A stretch of 64,000 nt of DNA from Pseudomonadota bacterium (lineage in GTDB: Bacteria; Bdellovibrionota_G; JALEGL01; DATDPG01): assembly GCA_043809315.1 (NCBI GenBank), contig JAZDDX010000017.1, forward strand, positions 32,001-96,000, read 5' to 3'. Both the position numbers and the translations under genes were made by a program. Below are positions 19,725 to 28,111 of this stretch, one piece after another; the first letter of the stretch is position 1, and the number at the start of each line of letters is the position of its first letter. The notes under the pieces were generated by a model, which saw only the letters and a program-made list of their open reading frames with translations, was not told the origin of the DNA and did no database searches.

Positions 19725-19870
19725 CGCGGAAATGGGGGTCAGCGTGTATTCTCCTATCCCGGAAGGTTTCCAGAATTCCGGGTTCCTTCTCTTCCTTGAT
19801 CATTTCCAGGGAAGAGAGCGCTGACCCCCAATTTCTGTAGTAGTTCTTGCTCGTGTGGGTAGAAAAGATC

Positions 19871-21139
19871 ATGTCTTGGTCAAGGGGAATCGAAATCGCT
19901 GCCACGGTTCTTTTTGGATTTGCGATCGTCCATACGTTTTTATGCGGCTACTTCCGTCACTGGTCCCATCGCTTTCCTGAGGGGTCGGTCAAAGAAAGCT
20001 TCCTTCATCTGCTCGGGGAAGTGGAAGTGGTCTTCGGGTTCTGGGCGGGCGTGTTGTTTTTGATGATGGTGATCTGGGTTGGGTCCGATCGAGCCATTCA
20101 ATACGTTGAAAGCCGCGATTTTACGGAACCTCTGTTTGTGTTTGCGATTATGGTTGTTGCGGCGACCCGTCCCATCGTAGGTGCCGCCGGCAAAATTATC
20201 GTCCTTTCGGCAAGGTTACTTCCGCTTCATCGCGAAGTCGGAATTTACCTATGCTGTTTGGCCATTGGGCCGCTCCTTGGCAGCTTCATTACCGAACCTG
20301 CGGCCATGACGGTTGTCGCTCTCGTTTTAAGGGAACGGTATCTGCGCCGGAACGTTTCCGTTCGTTTCAAATATCTGACGTTGGCCGCACTTTTCGTGAA
20401 TGTGTCGATCGGTGGTGCGTTGACCCCCTACGCCGCTCCTCCCATTCTCATGGTGGCGGGGAAATGGAACTGGGACGTAGCGTTCATGTTGACGACGTTT
20501 GGCTGGAGAGTGGCGATTGCCACGTTGGTCAATGCTGCCATCGGAGCCGCTCTGCTATCTTCCGAATTGAAAGCTCTTCCTATGCGGGAACGTGTTCAGA
20601 ACATGCATGCTCCGTTGTGGCTGACGGGCGCGCACCTGACGTTCTTGATTGTTATCGTCGTTACCGCACATCATCCGGCAGTCTTCCTTGGTGCGTTTCT
20701 CTTTTTCTTGGGAATTACGACCATTACGGCTGGGTATCAGGACAGCCTAAAGATTCGCGAGGGCCTATTGGTTTCCCTGTTCTTGTCTGGCCTTGTCGTG
20801 CTCGGGGGGCTTCAATCGTGGTGGCTGGAGCCTCTGCTGCACAGACTGGACGCTTTTCCACTCTTCGTTGGCACGACGTTTTTGACGGCGATCACCGATA
20901 ACGCCGCCCTGACTTACCTTGGGTCCCAGGTGGAGGGAATGACCGAACATCTCAAGTATGCGCTCGTAGCGGGAGCCATCGCCGGGGGGGGACTTACGGT
21001 CATCGCGAACGCTCCGAACCCCGCAGGGTACTCAATTCTGCAGGACACATTTGGTCCGGATGGCATAAGGCCGCTGAAGCTCTTCCTTTTTGCTCTCCCG
21101 CTGACCCTGATCACAATGACGTGCCTGTGGATACTCTGA
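19871..21139 (+). CDS. Putative Na+/H+ antiporter (DUF1504-like)
   Basis: HLLGEVEVVFGFWA, FTEPLFVF, GSFITEPAAMT, DNAALTYL, GGGLTVIANAPNPAG motifs; polytopic membrane protein. Confidence 0.8.
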   Translation: MSWSRGIEIAATVLFGFAIVHTFLCGYFRHWSHRFPEGSVKESFLHLLGEVEVVFGFWAGVLFLMMVIWVGSDRAIQYVESRDFTEPLFVFAIMVVAATRPIVGAAGKIIVLSARLLPLHREVGIYLCCLAIGPLLGSFITEPAAMTVVALVLRERYLRRNVSVRFKYLTLAALFVNVSIGGALTPYAAPPILMVAGKWNWDVAFMLTTFGWRVAIATLVNAAIGAALLSSELKALPMRERVQNMHAPLWLTGAHLTFLIVIVVTAHHPAVFLGAFLFFLGITTITAGYQDSLKIREGLLVSLFLSGLVVLGGLQSWWLEPLLHRLDAFPLFVGTTFLTAITDNAALTYLGSQVEGMTEHLKYALVAGAIAGGGLTVIANAPNPAGYSILQDTFGPDGIRPLKLFLFALPLTLITMTCLWIL

Positions 21140-21289
21140 TGCCGCTCCATCGGACTTGCCGCTACAGCGCGGGACTCTCGTTACATCTCTTTTGAATCTC
21201 TCTGCTTTCGGCGGCGGCGGAAGTGCAGGACCACGTGGAGACGCTACAGCAGTCGGACGGTGAGATAACCATTGGTAGCGGACTGAACG

Positions 21290-22990
21290 TCAGTCCGATA
21301 TCCGGGCACGGATACGCGACGCATGTGTCTGGATGACACCAGCGCTGGAACCGTGGCGGTCCATGATCCGAGTGGTTAACTGGACGGCCGCCTCCAGTTC
21401 CGCAGGAACCACTTCCGTGGCCCCCGCGGCGATCAGATCCGCAAGATCCCCCAAGTACTGCGATCGGACCAGGATCGGAAGCGCCGGGTAACGGCCGCGG
21501 GCGAACCGAACGGCGCGCTCCGCTGCTCGGGGATCGTTGATGGTCAGAACCAACTCGTGTGCGCGCCCGGCACCAAGATGTTCCAGGATCTCGGGCGCGG
21601 TGATGTCGCCGAAAAACGCGGGTTCCCCCGACTCCGTCGCGCGCCGCACGCTCTCCGGGTTCAGATCCACGATCACGTAATCGATTTCACAGGACTTCAG
21701 GGATTGTGCCAACTCCTGCCCTGCGACCCCGTACCCGGCAATGATGACATGACCCTGGAGAGGAAGAAGCTTCTGTGTGTCGTCCGCCGGTGTCCGAACG
21801 CCGAGCAGGCGCGTGAGCGAACGCATGCGACCGGCCCCAGCGGCGATACCCGGGCCCAAGACCAGGAGAAACGGTGTCAGGACCATCGAGAGAATGATGG
21901 CGGCCATCAAATGGGCTTGCAGAAGTTCGGGGATAAGATCCGTCCCCCGCGCCGCGTGCAGGAGGACAAATGCGAATTCCCCGACCTGGGCCAGAGCCGC
22001 CCCGGTCAGAACGGAGACACGCAGCGGGAAGCGAAGGAGTGCCCCCACCGCGACCGTCACAAGAAACTTGCCGCCGACGATCGCCGCCAGAAGTGCCGCC
22101 ACAAAACCAGCCTCCCGGGTGAGGCCGCCGACGTCCAGGAGCATTCCGATGGAGACAAAGAAGAGGCTGGTGAACACCTCGCGGAAGGGAATCACGTCGG
22201 CCAGAGCCTGATGGCGATACGGCGTCCCCGACACCACCAGGCCGGCCAGAAAGGCGCCCAGCGCCGGGGAAACGCCGGCGTTGGCAACCAGCCACACGAT
22301 CCCCCCGCAGACCACGAGCACGGCCAGCACGAACAGATCCCGCTGCCGCGTCCCCGAAACCCAGTGAAGCACTCGGGGCACCAGAAAGCGGGCACCTACG
22401 AACGTGACGGCAACCAGGGCCACGGCTTTGCCGATGGCGAGCCAAGAGACCACGAGGGACGTGGCGTCGGCCTCGCCCGCCAGCAGGGGCAAGACAAGGA
22501 TCATCGGAATCACCGCCAGATCCTGGAAGATCAGAATCCCCAGCGTGAATTGGCCGTGGGGCGCATCCACCTCGCCCCGTCGTTGCAGGCCGCGCAGCAC
22601 GATCGCCGTGCTGGAGAGAGCCAGGAGAAACCCGAGGAAGATGGCGGAGCGCACGGGGACACCCAGCCACCGCGCCACCGCGAACGCCAGCGTCGAGGTC
22701 GCCGCCACTTGAAGGAATCCCCCCGCCAGAATCGCCCGCCACAGGCGATGCATGCGGTCCACGGAGAGTTCCAGTCCGATTCCGAACAGAAGGAGGTTGA
22801 TGCCGATCTCGGCCAGAAGATCGACTTCCGTCGCATCCGACACGATCCCCAGGCCGTGCGGCCCGACGAGGCCACCGGCCACGATAAACGCCGCGATCGG
22901 GGGAATCCGCAGGCGCTGGAGCAGCGCGACCACGACGACCGCGATGGCCAGGATCAGAAGAAGACTCTGCAGGAGGTGAAGGCCCGGCAT
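21290..22990 (-). CDS. CPA2 cation:proton antiporter with TrkA-N domain (Kef-like)
   Basis: AEIG..LLLFGIGLELS, LIFQD, LAQVGEFAFVL, IIAGYGVAG..GD Rossmann domain. Confidence 0.9.
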   Translation of the reverse strand: MPGLHLLQSLLLILAIAVVVVALLQRLRIPPIAAFIVAGGLVGPHGLGIVSDATEVDLLAEIGINLLLFGIGLELSVDRMHRLWRAILAGGFLQVAATSTLAFAVARWLGVPVRSAIFLGFLLALSSTAIVLRGLQRRGEVDAPHGQFTLGILIFQDLAVIPMILVLPLLAGEADATSLVVSWLAIGKAVALVAVTFVGARFLVPRVLHWVSGTRQRDLFVLAVLVVCGGIVWLVANAGVSPALGAFLAGLVVSGTPYRHQALADVIPFREVFTSLFFVSIGMLLDVGGLTREAGFVAALLAAIVGGKFLVTVAVGALLRFPLRVSVLTGAALAQVGEFAFVLLHAARGTDLIPELLQAHLMAAIILSMVLTPFLLVLGPGIAAGAGRMRSLTRLLGVRTPADDTQKLLPLQGHVIIAGYGVAGQELAQSLKSCEIDYVIVDLNPESVRRATESGEPAFFGDITAPEILEHLGAGRAHELVLTINDPRAAERAVRFARGRYPALPILVRSQYLGDLADLIAAGATEVVPAELEAAVQLTTRIMDRHGSSAGVIQTHASRIRARISD

Positions 22991-23042
22991 AAAAGGTGAT
23001 TCTTACTATGAAAGATGCGCCCATCGACTGCAAATGAACGTT

Positions 23043-23564
23043 TCAGTCAACGCGTCGATTCTTACGGACGCGAAACTGCAGGACCACGCGGAGGCGCCAC
23101 AACAACCGGACGGTGACATAGCCGATCACGGACGCCGCAACGGCCAGAACCAGACTGCCCAGCAGCAGAGGCTGCCAGATCGAGCTCAACCGGCCGGTCA
23201 ACCATTCCACGGACATCTCGAACACAAGGTTGTTGCGAACACGCGTTCCAAGGATCCAGGACCCCAGCCGGTATGCGCCGTAGAAGATCGGCGGCATCGT
23301 GACCGGGTTGGTCAACCAGACCAGGGCCACCGAGATGGGCAGGTTGACGCGAAACCATACCGCACAGGCGGCGGCCGGAATCATCTGGAAGGGCATCGGG
23401 ATCATGGCCCAGAACAATCCGACCGCGACCCCCCCCGACGCCGATTGGCGATTGAAGTGCCAGATGTTTGGGTCGTGAAGAAGGGTGCCGAGAAACTGGA
23501 GACGCTTGTGTGTGCGGACCTTATGATGGTCCGGCACCCAACGCTCGATGAGCTTCTTAGGCAC
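23043..23564 (-). CDS. DUF2062 family membrane protein
   Basis: WHFNRQS..GVAVGLF..IPMPFQM..RVNLPIS..WLTNPVT. Confidence 0.85.
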   Translation of the reverse strand: MPKKLIERWVPDHHKVRTHKRLQFLGTLLHDPNIWHFNRQSASGGVAVGLFWAMIPMPFQMIPAAACAVWFRVNLPISVALVWLTNPVTMPPIFYGAYRLGSWILGTRVRNNLVFEMSVEWLTGRLSSIWQPLLLGSLVLAVAASVIGYVTVRLLWRLRVVLQFRVRKNRRVD

Positions 23565-23631
23565 GGTGCTTGAGATTCTAACACGGCGTTGCCCAAGATG
23601 AGCCGATTACCTCCGGCTTGACGCAAGCGGA

Positions 23632-23760
23632 TGTTGACCCCGTATTTTGGACACCGATTCCACAAATGGATAGGAGCGGTGTCGATAACAAAGCGGTATC
23701 CGAAGGAGGTGAAGGAAAAGGTTCTGGCCAAGATTCTGGCGGGTCAACTGACACAGTGGC
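23632..23760 (+). pseudogene. Truncated IS3-family-like left end and orfA fragment
   Basis: TGTTGACCCCGTATTTTGGACACC resembles IS3/IS150 termini; RBS + GTG at 23679 gives MSITKRYPKEVKEKVLAKILAGQLT (HTH_Tnp_1-like start), after which similarity is lost. Confidence 0.5.
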
Positions 23761-23858
23761 ATCGTTCGTTTCGGCAATTCCCCCCCCCGTCGGTATCGTT
23801 GTATATGCGAAGATATGAACAAATGAAAAGCCCTCTGATCCGGGGCTTGGGCGGGACG

Positions 23859-24212
23859 CTATCCGCGCATTGCCCGAATTTGGGCGAGGACGCCTCGTTT
23901 GCGAGGTCTCTTTCTCAGTCGAACCTGGGTCTCTTCCGCCGCCTGGACGATGGAGTCCACCCATTCCTCACCAAACATGATCTTGAGCTGCTCGATGACC
24001 GATTTTCGCTGAAAGGTGGAGACGGATACACCCTCCATGGTGGCGGCTCGACGGATCAGATCAGCGATAGGTTTGTCGTTGTAGCGAGTAATTGCCACGA
24101 GTTCAGGGCCCTTCTTGGTCCCCTCTTTCCTCTCTTGGTTCACCATCCGCTCGAGCACTTCGGGCATGGCCTTTTCAGAAGGGATTCGGTTTGTTCTACG
24201 TCGCCTAGGCAT
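23859..24212 (-). CDS. Ribbon-helix-helix-like DNA-binding protein
   Basis: AGGAG RBS before ATG 24212; LVAITRY..IADLIRRAATMEGVSVSTFQRKSV beta-alpha-alpha pattern. Confidence 0.6.
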   Translation of the reverse strand: MPRRRRTNRIPSEKAMPEVLERMVNQERKEGTKKGPELVAITRYNDKPIADLIRRAATMEGVSVSTFQRKSVIEQLKIMFGEEWVDSIVQAAEETQVRLRKRPRKRGVLAQIRAMRG

Positions 24213-24621
24213 GGTCTTTTCTCCTTTTGGAGGGCGGATCACCGAAGACAAGATCGGTCACGATCAGCCAATAGAGAAAGGCTCTTCCCGAAGCAAATTG
24301 AAGCTCTTCCATTCGTTCATAAAAGGCGTCAGCAAGCGTCGGTTCAAGCCGCACGTAAAGAGAATAGATCGGACGTTCATCGTGCCAGGGGAGGGTCTCT
24401 TTCTTGGGTGTCTTCAGCTGCTTGGGCTTTCGCTGTGCACCTCGCTGCAGGAGATCTTTCGTGATGAGATGCCGCAGATAGTCAGACGTCGTTCGTAGCG
24501 ATAGTTCGCCCCTTCGTTCGTGGATCCCATCCGCCAGAGTGGGTTCGATGCGCGTGTAGAGCGTGAGGGTCCGGTCCTCCCCGGCCCAGGGGAGATTGTC
24601 TTCTCGGGGACCTCGTTCCAC
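24205..24621 (-). CDS. Protein with two tandem RHH-like repeats
   Basis: Internal duplication LPW..LYTRIEPTLAD..ER..EL....YL..LI..DL / LPW..LYVRLEPTLAD..ER..EL....FL..LI..DL. Confidence 0.65.
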   Translation of the reverse strand: MERGPREDNLPWAGEDRTLTLYTRIEPTLADGIHERRGELSLRTTSDYLRHLITKDLLQRGAQRKPKQLKTPKKETLPWHDERPIYSLYVRLEPTLADAFYERMEELQFASGRAFLYWLIVTDLVFGDPPSKRRKDHA

Positions 24622-24866
24622 ATTGACATATGAATCACAAAGCGGGCGATTTGTCTCTGAAATCCCCGAAAATTCTCAAGTAGGTCGAGCCAGACACAGT
24701 CGACTGTCGGCAGAAACCCATTGAAAACATGCATGAAATCCAAAAAATATCTTATTGCAAACGACTCAAAGACAATACAAATGAGTTATATTGACAAATG
24801 ACTCATACGTAGTCATAAGGGGGTTGTGGTCGGCCTATGCCGAGTCGTAACGAGAAGGAGGAAGCG

Positions 24867-25109
24867 ATGAACATGAGAGAAGACGTCGTGCTGGCGACAA
24901 GGGCACCTGTACACAACCCTTCGGACTGTCTGATGACCGTCCCCGAGGTGGCGGCGTATCTCCGATACAGCCTCGGATATACGCGGAACCTCGTCTGGAG
25001 GAACGAGCTTCCCGTCATTCGGCTTTCCACAGGCGCAGTACGATGCCGGAAACAGGATCTCGAACGGTGGATCGCCGAGAGGAGTTATGCCGCATGCTCC
25101 ACGCATTGA
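24867..25109 (+). CDS. Excisionase-like helix-turn-helix protein
   Basis: LMTVPEVAAYLRYS..TRNLV..ELPVIRL..VRC..DLERWI; AAGGAGG RBS; directly upstream of the integrase. Confidence 0.85.
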   Translation: MNMREDVVLATRAPVHNPSDCLMTVPEVAAYLRYSLGYTRNLVWRNELPVIRLSTGAVRCRKQDLERWIAERSYAACSTH

Positions 25110-26317
25110 AACTGTTGCCCTCCAAAAAGGAACGGTACGTTCGGATCCGAAACTGTCCAGGGATCTCCCGCCTCGAAAAATGGGACGCTCGAAAACAGAG
25201 ATGGATCGACCCTCGGACCGACTCTTCTTCGCGGGCGAAGGTGTTTCGTGCCTACCGGCGGATTCAGCAACTTGGGAAGAGTCTGCTTCAGAAGAGACAC
25301 TTCCGGACGATCGATGACGCCCGCCGATGGCGGATGGAGCTGAATCCCGAGCCGGGGAAGGGAAGGGCGGCGCAAATCACGCTCCGCGAGGTGATCGGAG
25401 AGTGGCGGGAGTGGTCCAAGCCCCCGCGTCTTCGGAAGACATCTTGGCTTCAGTACGCAAAGGACATCGGGCATCTGGAGCCCTTATGGAATGCGCCGAT
25501 CGAGGCTCTCACGGCCCGGGACATCGATCTTTGGCTGGCCCATCTCAAAGATCCCTCCTATCCGAAGCAAAGAACCCGCGTTTCCTTTGCGCGTGAGGTG
25601 GGGACACTCCAGACGATTTGCAAGTGGTACCGCCAGTATCGGAACGAAAAATTTCAGCACCCGATTTTGCCGCGCCACAAACAGGATTCTCATTTTCGTG
25701 AAGATCCGCCCTCGGGTCAGGAAGTTCTGACGGAGAAACAGGCGGAAGAGTTTCTCTTGTTGATGGTCGGCCGCCACGCGGATGCATACGGCCGAACGGC
25801 AGCTCTTCAACTCTTTGCGGGGCTTCGGATCGGGGAGGCATGTGGTCTCAAATGGGACCGCGTCGATCTGGAGAACCGTACGCTGATGATCCGCAGGTCG
25901 TGCACGTGGCCCCAGCCGGCCATGAGGCCGGAGATGCAGGAGCAGATCAAGACCGCCGCTAGCGCGCGGGACATCCCCATCGTGGACCGACTCTTTGAGC
26001 TTCTCGTGAAATGGAAAGCCGAAGACGGGGAGATCGAACTTGTCTGCCATCGAAACGGTCGTCTGATCCGTCGAAACTCGGTGGCGTCCGCGTATGCAAA
26101 AGTGTTCCGGATGATGGGCCTTCGCATGAAAAGCGTGACGCACAGTCTTCGACGCACCTTTGCGACCCTTCATGCCGAGCAGACACACGACCTGGTTTCT
26201 ACTCAGACCCTTCTGGGGCACACCGATATCCAGACGACGCAGATTTACGCCAAAGTGACCGATGCGGCGGTGCGGAGATCGATGCCGAATTTCTCGTTTG
26301 GGACGAAAAAAGAATGA
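25094..26317 (+). CDS. Tyrosine recombinase/integrase
   Basis: GLRIGE, HSLRR, LLGH, IYA catalytic motifs; GAGGAG RBS before ATG 25094; ends next to the arm sites and att. Confidence 0.95.
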   Translation: MLHALKLLPSKKERYVRIRNCPGISRLEKWDARKQRWIDPRTDSSSRAKVFRAYRRIQQLGKSLLQKRHFRTIDDARRWRMELNPEPGKGRAAQITLREVIGEWREWSKPPRLRKTSWLQYAKDIGHLEPLWNAPIEALTARDIDLWLAHLKDPSYPKQRTRVSFAREVGTLQTICKWYRQYRNEKFQHPILPRHKQDSHFREDPPSGQEVLTEKQAEEFLLLMVGRHADAYGRTAALQLFAGLRIGEACGLKWDRVDLENRTLMIRRSCTWPQPAMRPEMQEQIKTAASARDIPIVDRLFELLVKWKAEDGEIELVCHRNGRLIRRNSVASAYAKVFRMMGLRMKSVTHSLRRTFATLHAEQTHDLVSTQTLLGHTDIQTTQIYAKVTDAAVRRSMPNFSFGTKKE

Positions 26318-26386
26318 AACCTGTAACCGGATGCAACCGAAACGGAGGTGCCGAGATGTTTCGCCCTAAGAATTCCGAGGACTTAA

Positions 26387-27686
26387 GGCTCTACCTCAAA
26401 TAACGGGGCAAGGCGCGGATCGGGAGTAAATTCCCGATCTTTAAACCTTCGGTCAGAAAGGAGATGCGCCTATGCCCCTGGAGGAGTCTATCGTTCATTT
26501 GCCGGGATTCAAGGTGGAACGGATTGAGGGAATGGATCCGGTAGAGGTGGAGGTTCGGTATACCGAACCGGCCCGTTGTCCGGAATGTGGCGATCGGCAC
26601 GTTCGGATCAAAGCTCAATATTTTCGCAGAGTTCGACACGAATCGATCGGATCGAGAGCCTGTTACTTACGAATCCGAGGGAGAAAGTATTTCTGCCGAA
26701 GCTGCCGGAGGTATTTTCACGAGAGATACCCGGGAATCCGTCTGTACCGGCGCTCGAGTGAGGGATTCCGGCTCGAGGTGTTCCAGAAGCATCGGGACGG
26801 GATCAGCCAACGAATCCTTTCGAAGCAGAACCAAATCGGCCATGCGACGATCGAGCGCTGGGCACATGATTACTGGGGGAGGAAGGCGGCGGAGATCCGC
26901 AACAATCCGGCTCCTCGAGTCTTAGGGATCGACGAGCATTTCTTCTCCCGAAAGCACGGGTATGCCTCCACGTTTTGCGATCTCAGGCGACAACGGATTC
27001 ACGACGTGGTGCTCGGAAGATCGGAAGCGTCGCTGAAGCGGTACTTGGACCGGCTTCCAGGGAAAGAAAAGACCCAGGTCGTGGTCATGGATTTATCCGA
27101 GATCTACCGAGCGATCGTTCGCAAATACTTTCCCAACGCCAAGATCGTAGCCGATCGGTTTCATGTGATCCGGTGGGTGAACCATCAATTTCTAAAGGCC
27201 TGGCAGCAGCTGGATCCATCGGGCCGAAAGAACCGAGGACTCTTATCGCTCATGCGACGACACGAGGAGAATCTCTCGGAGGGGCAGAAGATCACGCTCC
27301 GGGAATACCTGAAAGCGCAGGGAGTGTTGGAGGCGATCTATGACTTTAAGCAGGAGCTTTGCCGATTGCTTCGCATCAAGCATCAGACCCAGTGGGAGTG
27401 CCAGAAATGGATCCCCAAGCTCCTGGAGATGATCGAGCAACTCAAGGCCGCGCCGATCGAGGCGCTGTCTTCCCTCGGGAAGACACTCCATAACTGGAGA
27501 GAAGAAATCGTGCGGATGTGGCGATTTACCAAGACCAATTCCATCACGGAAGGATTCCACACCAAGATGGAGATGATCTCCCGACGTGCCTTCGGTTTCC
27601 GGAACTTTGAAAACTATCGTTTGAGAGTCCGAGCGTTATGTGGTTAGTCAGAAAATACTGCCTGCCCCGGTATTCGGGGAAGAGCC
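26387..27686 (+). mobile_element. ISL3-family insertion sequence (1300 bp) with 8-bp TSD GGACTTAA
   Basis: Left IR GGCTCTACCTCAAATAACGGGGCA vs right IR (reverse complement) GGCTCTTCCCCGAATACCGGGGCA; TSD at 26379-26386 and 27687-27694. Confidence 0.95.
26472..27647 (+). CDS. ISL3 family transposase
   Basis: CPECG zinc finger, LGIDEH, VVMDL, IVADRFHV, TNSITEGFH..RRAFGFRNFENYRLR. Confidence 0.96.
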   Translation: MPLEESIVHLPGFKVERIEGMDPVEVEVRYTEPARCPECGDRHVRIKAQYFRRVRHESIGSRACYLRIRGRKYFCRSCRRYFHERYPGIRLYRRSSEGFRLEVFQKHRDGISQRILSKQNQIGHATIERWAHDYWGRKAAEIRNNPAPRVLGIDEHFFSRKHGYASTFCDLRRQRIHDVVLGRSEASLKRYLDRLPGKEKTQVVVMDLSEIYRAIVRKYFPNAKIVADRFHVIRWVNHQFLKAWQQLDPSGRKNRGLLSLMRRHEENLSEGQKITLREYLKAQGVLEAIYDFKQELCRLLRIKHQTQWECQKWIPKLLEMIEQLKAAPIEALSSLGKTLHNWREEIVRMWRFTKTNSITEGFHTKMEMISRRAFGFRNFENYRLRVRALCG

Positions 27687-27689
27687 GGA

Positions 27690-27718
27690 CTTAAAAATAA
27701 AATGGCGGAGAGGGGGGG
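27690..27718 (-). repeat. att core copy, 29-bp direct repeat with the tRNA-Ser 3' end and flank (island B/A junction)
   Basis: CTTAAAAATAAAATGGCGGAGAGGGGGGG is identical to 34827-34855. Confidence 0.93.
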
Positions 27719-27892
27719 TATCGAAAATCCCCCCCTCAACGCCTCGGCATCGTTACCAAAACCAACGACATCAAACCGTTAGCTATCGAAACAATACCGC
27801 CCATTACCGTGAATTTCCGCCCGTAACGGCCATCTTGTTCCGCAGATGTTCCGCAAGAAGCTCATCCAAAAGTTCGCGAGGATCGTTCAATC

Positions 27893-28094
27893 ACCCACTG
27901 CAAGGGAGTGAGTGACCTCTTTCAGTGGGTTCGGCCCCGCGCGCACGCAAAAACCAGAAGAGTTTCAAGATTCTTCTGGTTTTCGGGTCGTCGATCAAAA
28001 ATGCCCACCCCCCGCCCTCCACGAGGAAAGAATGGGAAGGGAGGAGCAGGCGGGGGGTGGGCATTTTCTCCTACGACCTGCGCGCGGGGCCGGA
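27893..28094. other. Highly structured non-coding element (candidate ncRNA or single-strand/transfer origin)
   Basis: Perfect stems: 27893-27900/27923-27930 (8 bp), 27932-27945/28079-28092 (14 bp), 27950-27961/27972-27983 (12 bp), 27986-27991/28073-28078 (6 bp), 27998-28016/28049-28067 (19 bp). Confidence 0.7.
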
Positions 28095-28111
28095 CTCGAG
28101 GTGGAAAGACT

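Larger units (their letters stand above)
10890..27718. mobile_element. Genomic island B: integrative (likely mobilizable) element with int/xis, Rep, relaxase and stress cargo
   Basis: tRNA-Ser repeats at both ends; matching arm pairs CGTTACCGGA-TGCAACCGAA (11023-11043) and TGTAACCGGA-TGCAACCGAA (26322-26341); tyrosine integrase next to the right att. Confidence 0.88.

Noticed and set aside
23631-24464. 277-aa plus-strand ORF as an intact transposase
   Set aside because: Only about 25 residues look transposase-like; the rest is antisense to the RHH-like genes.
986-27718. Additional tRNA genes at 986, 10890 and 27703
   Set aside because: Only 16-17 nt of the 3' end are present, with no T-loop, anticodon arm or D arm; these are att remnants.
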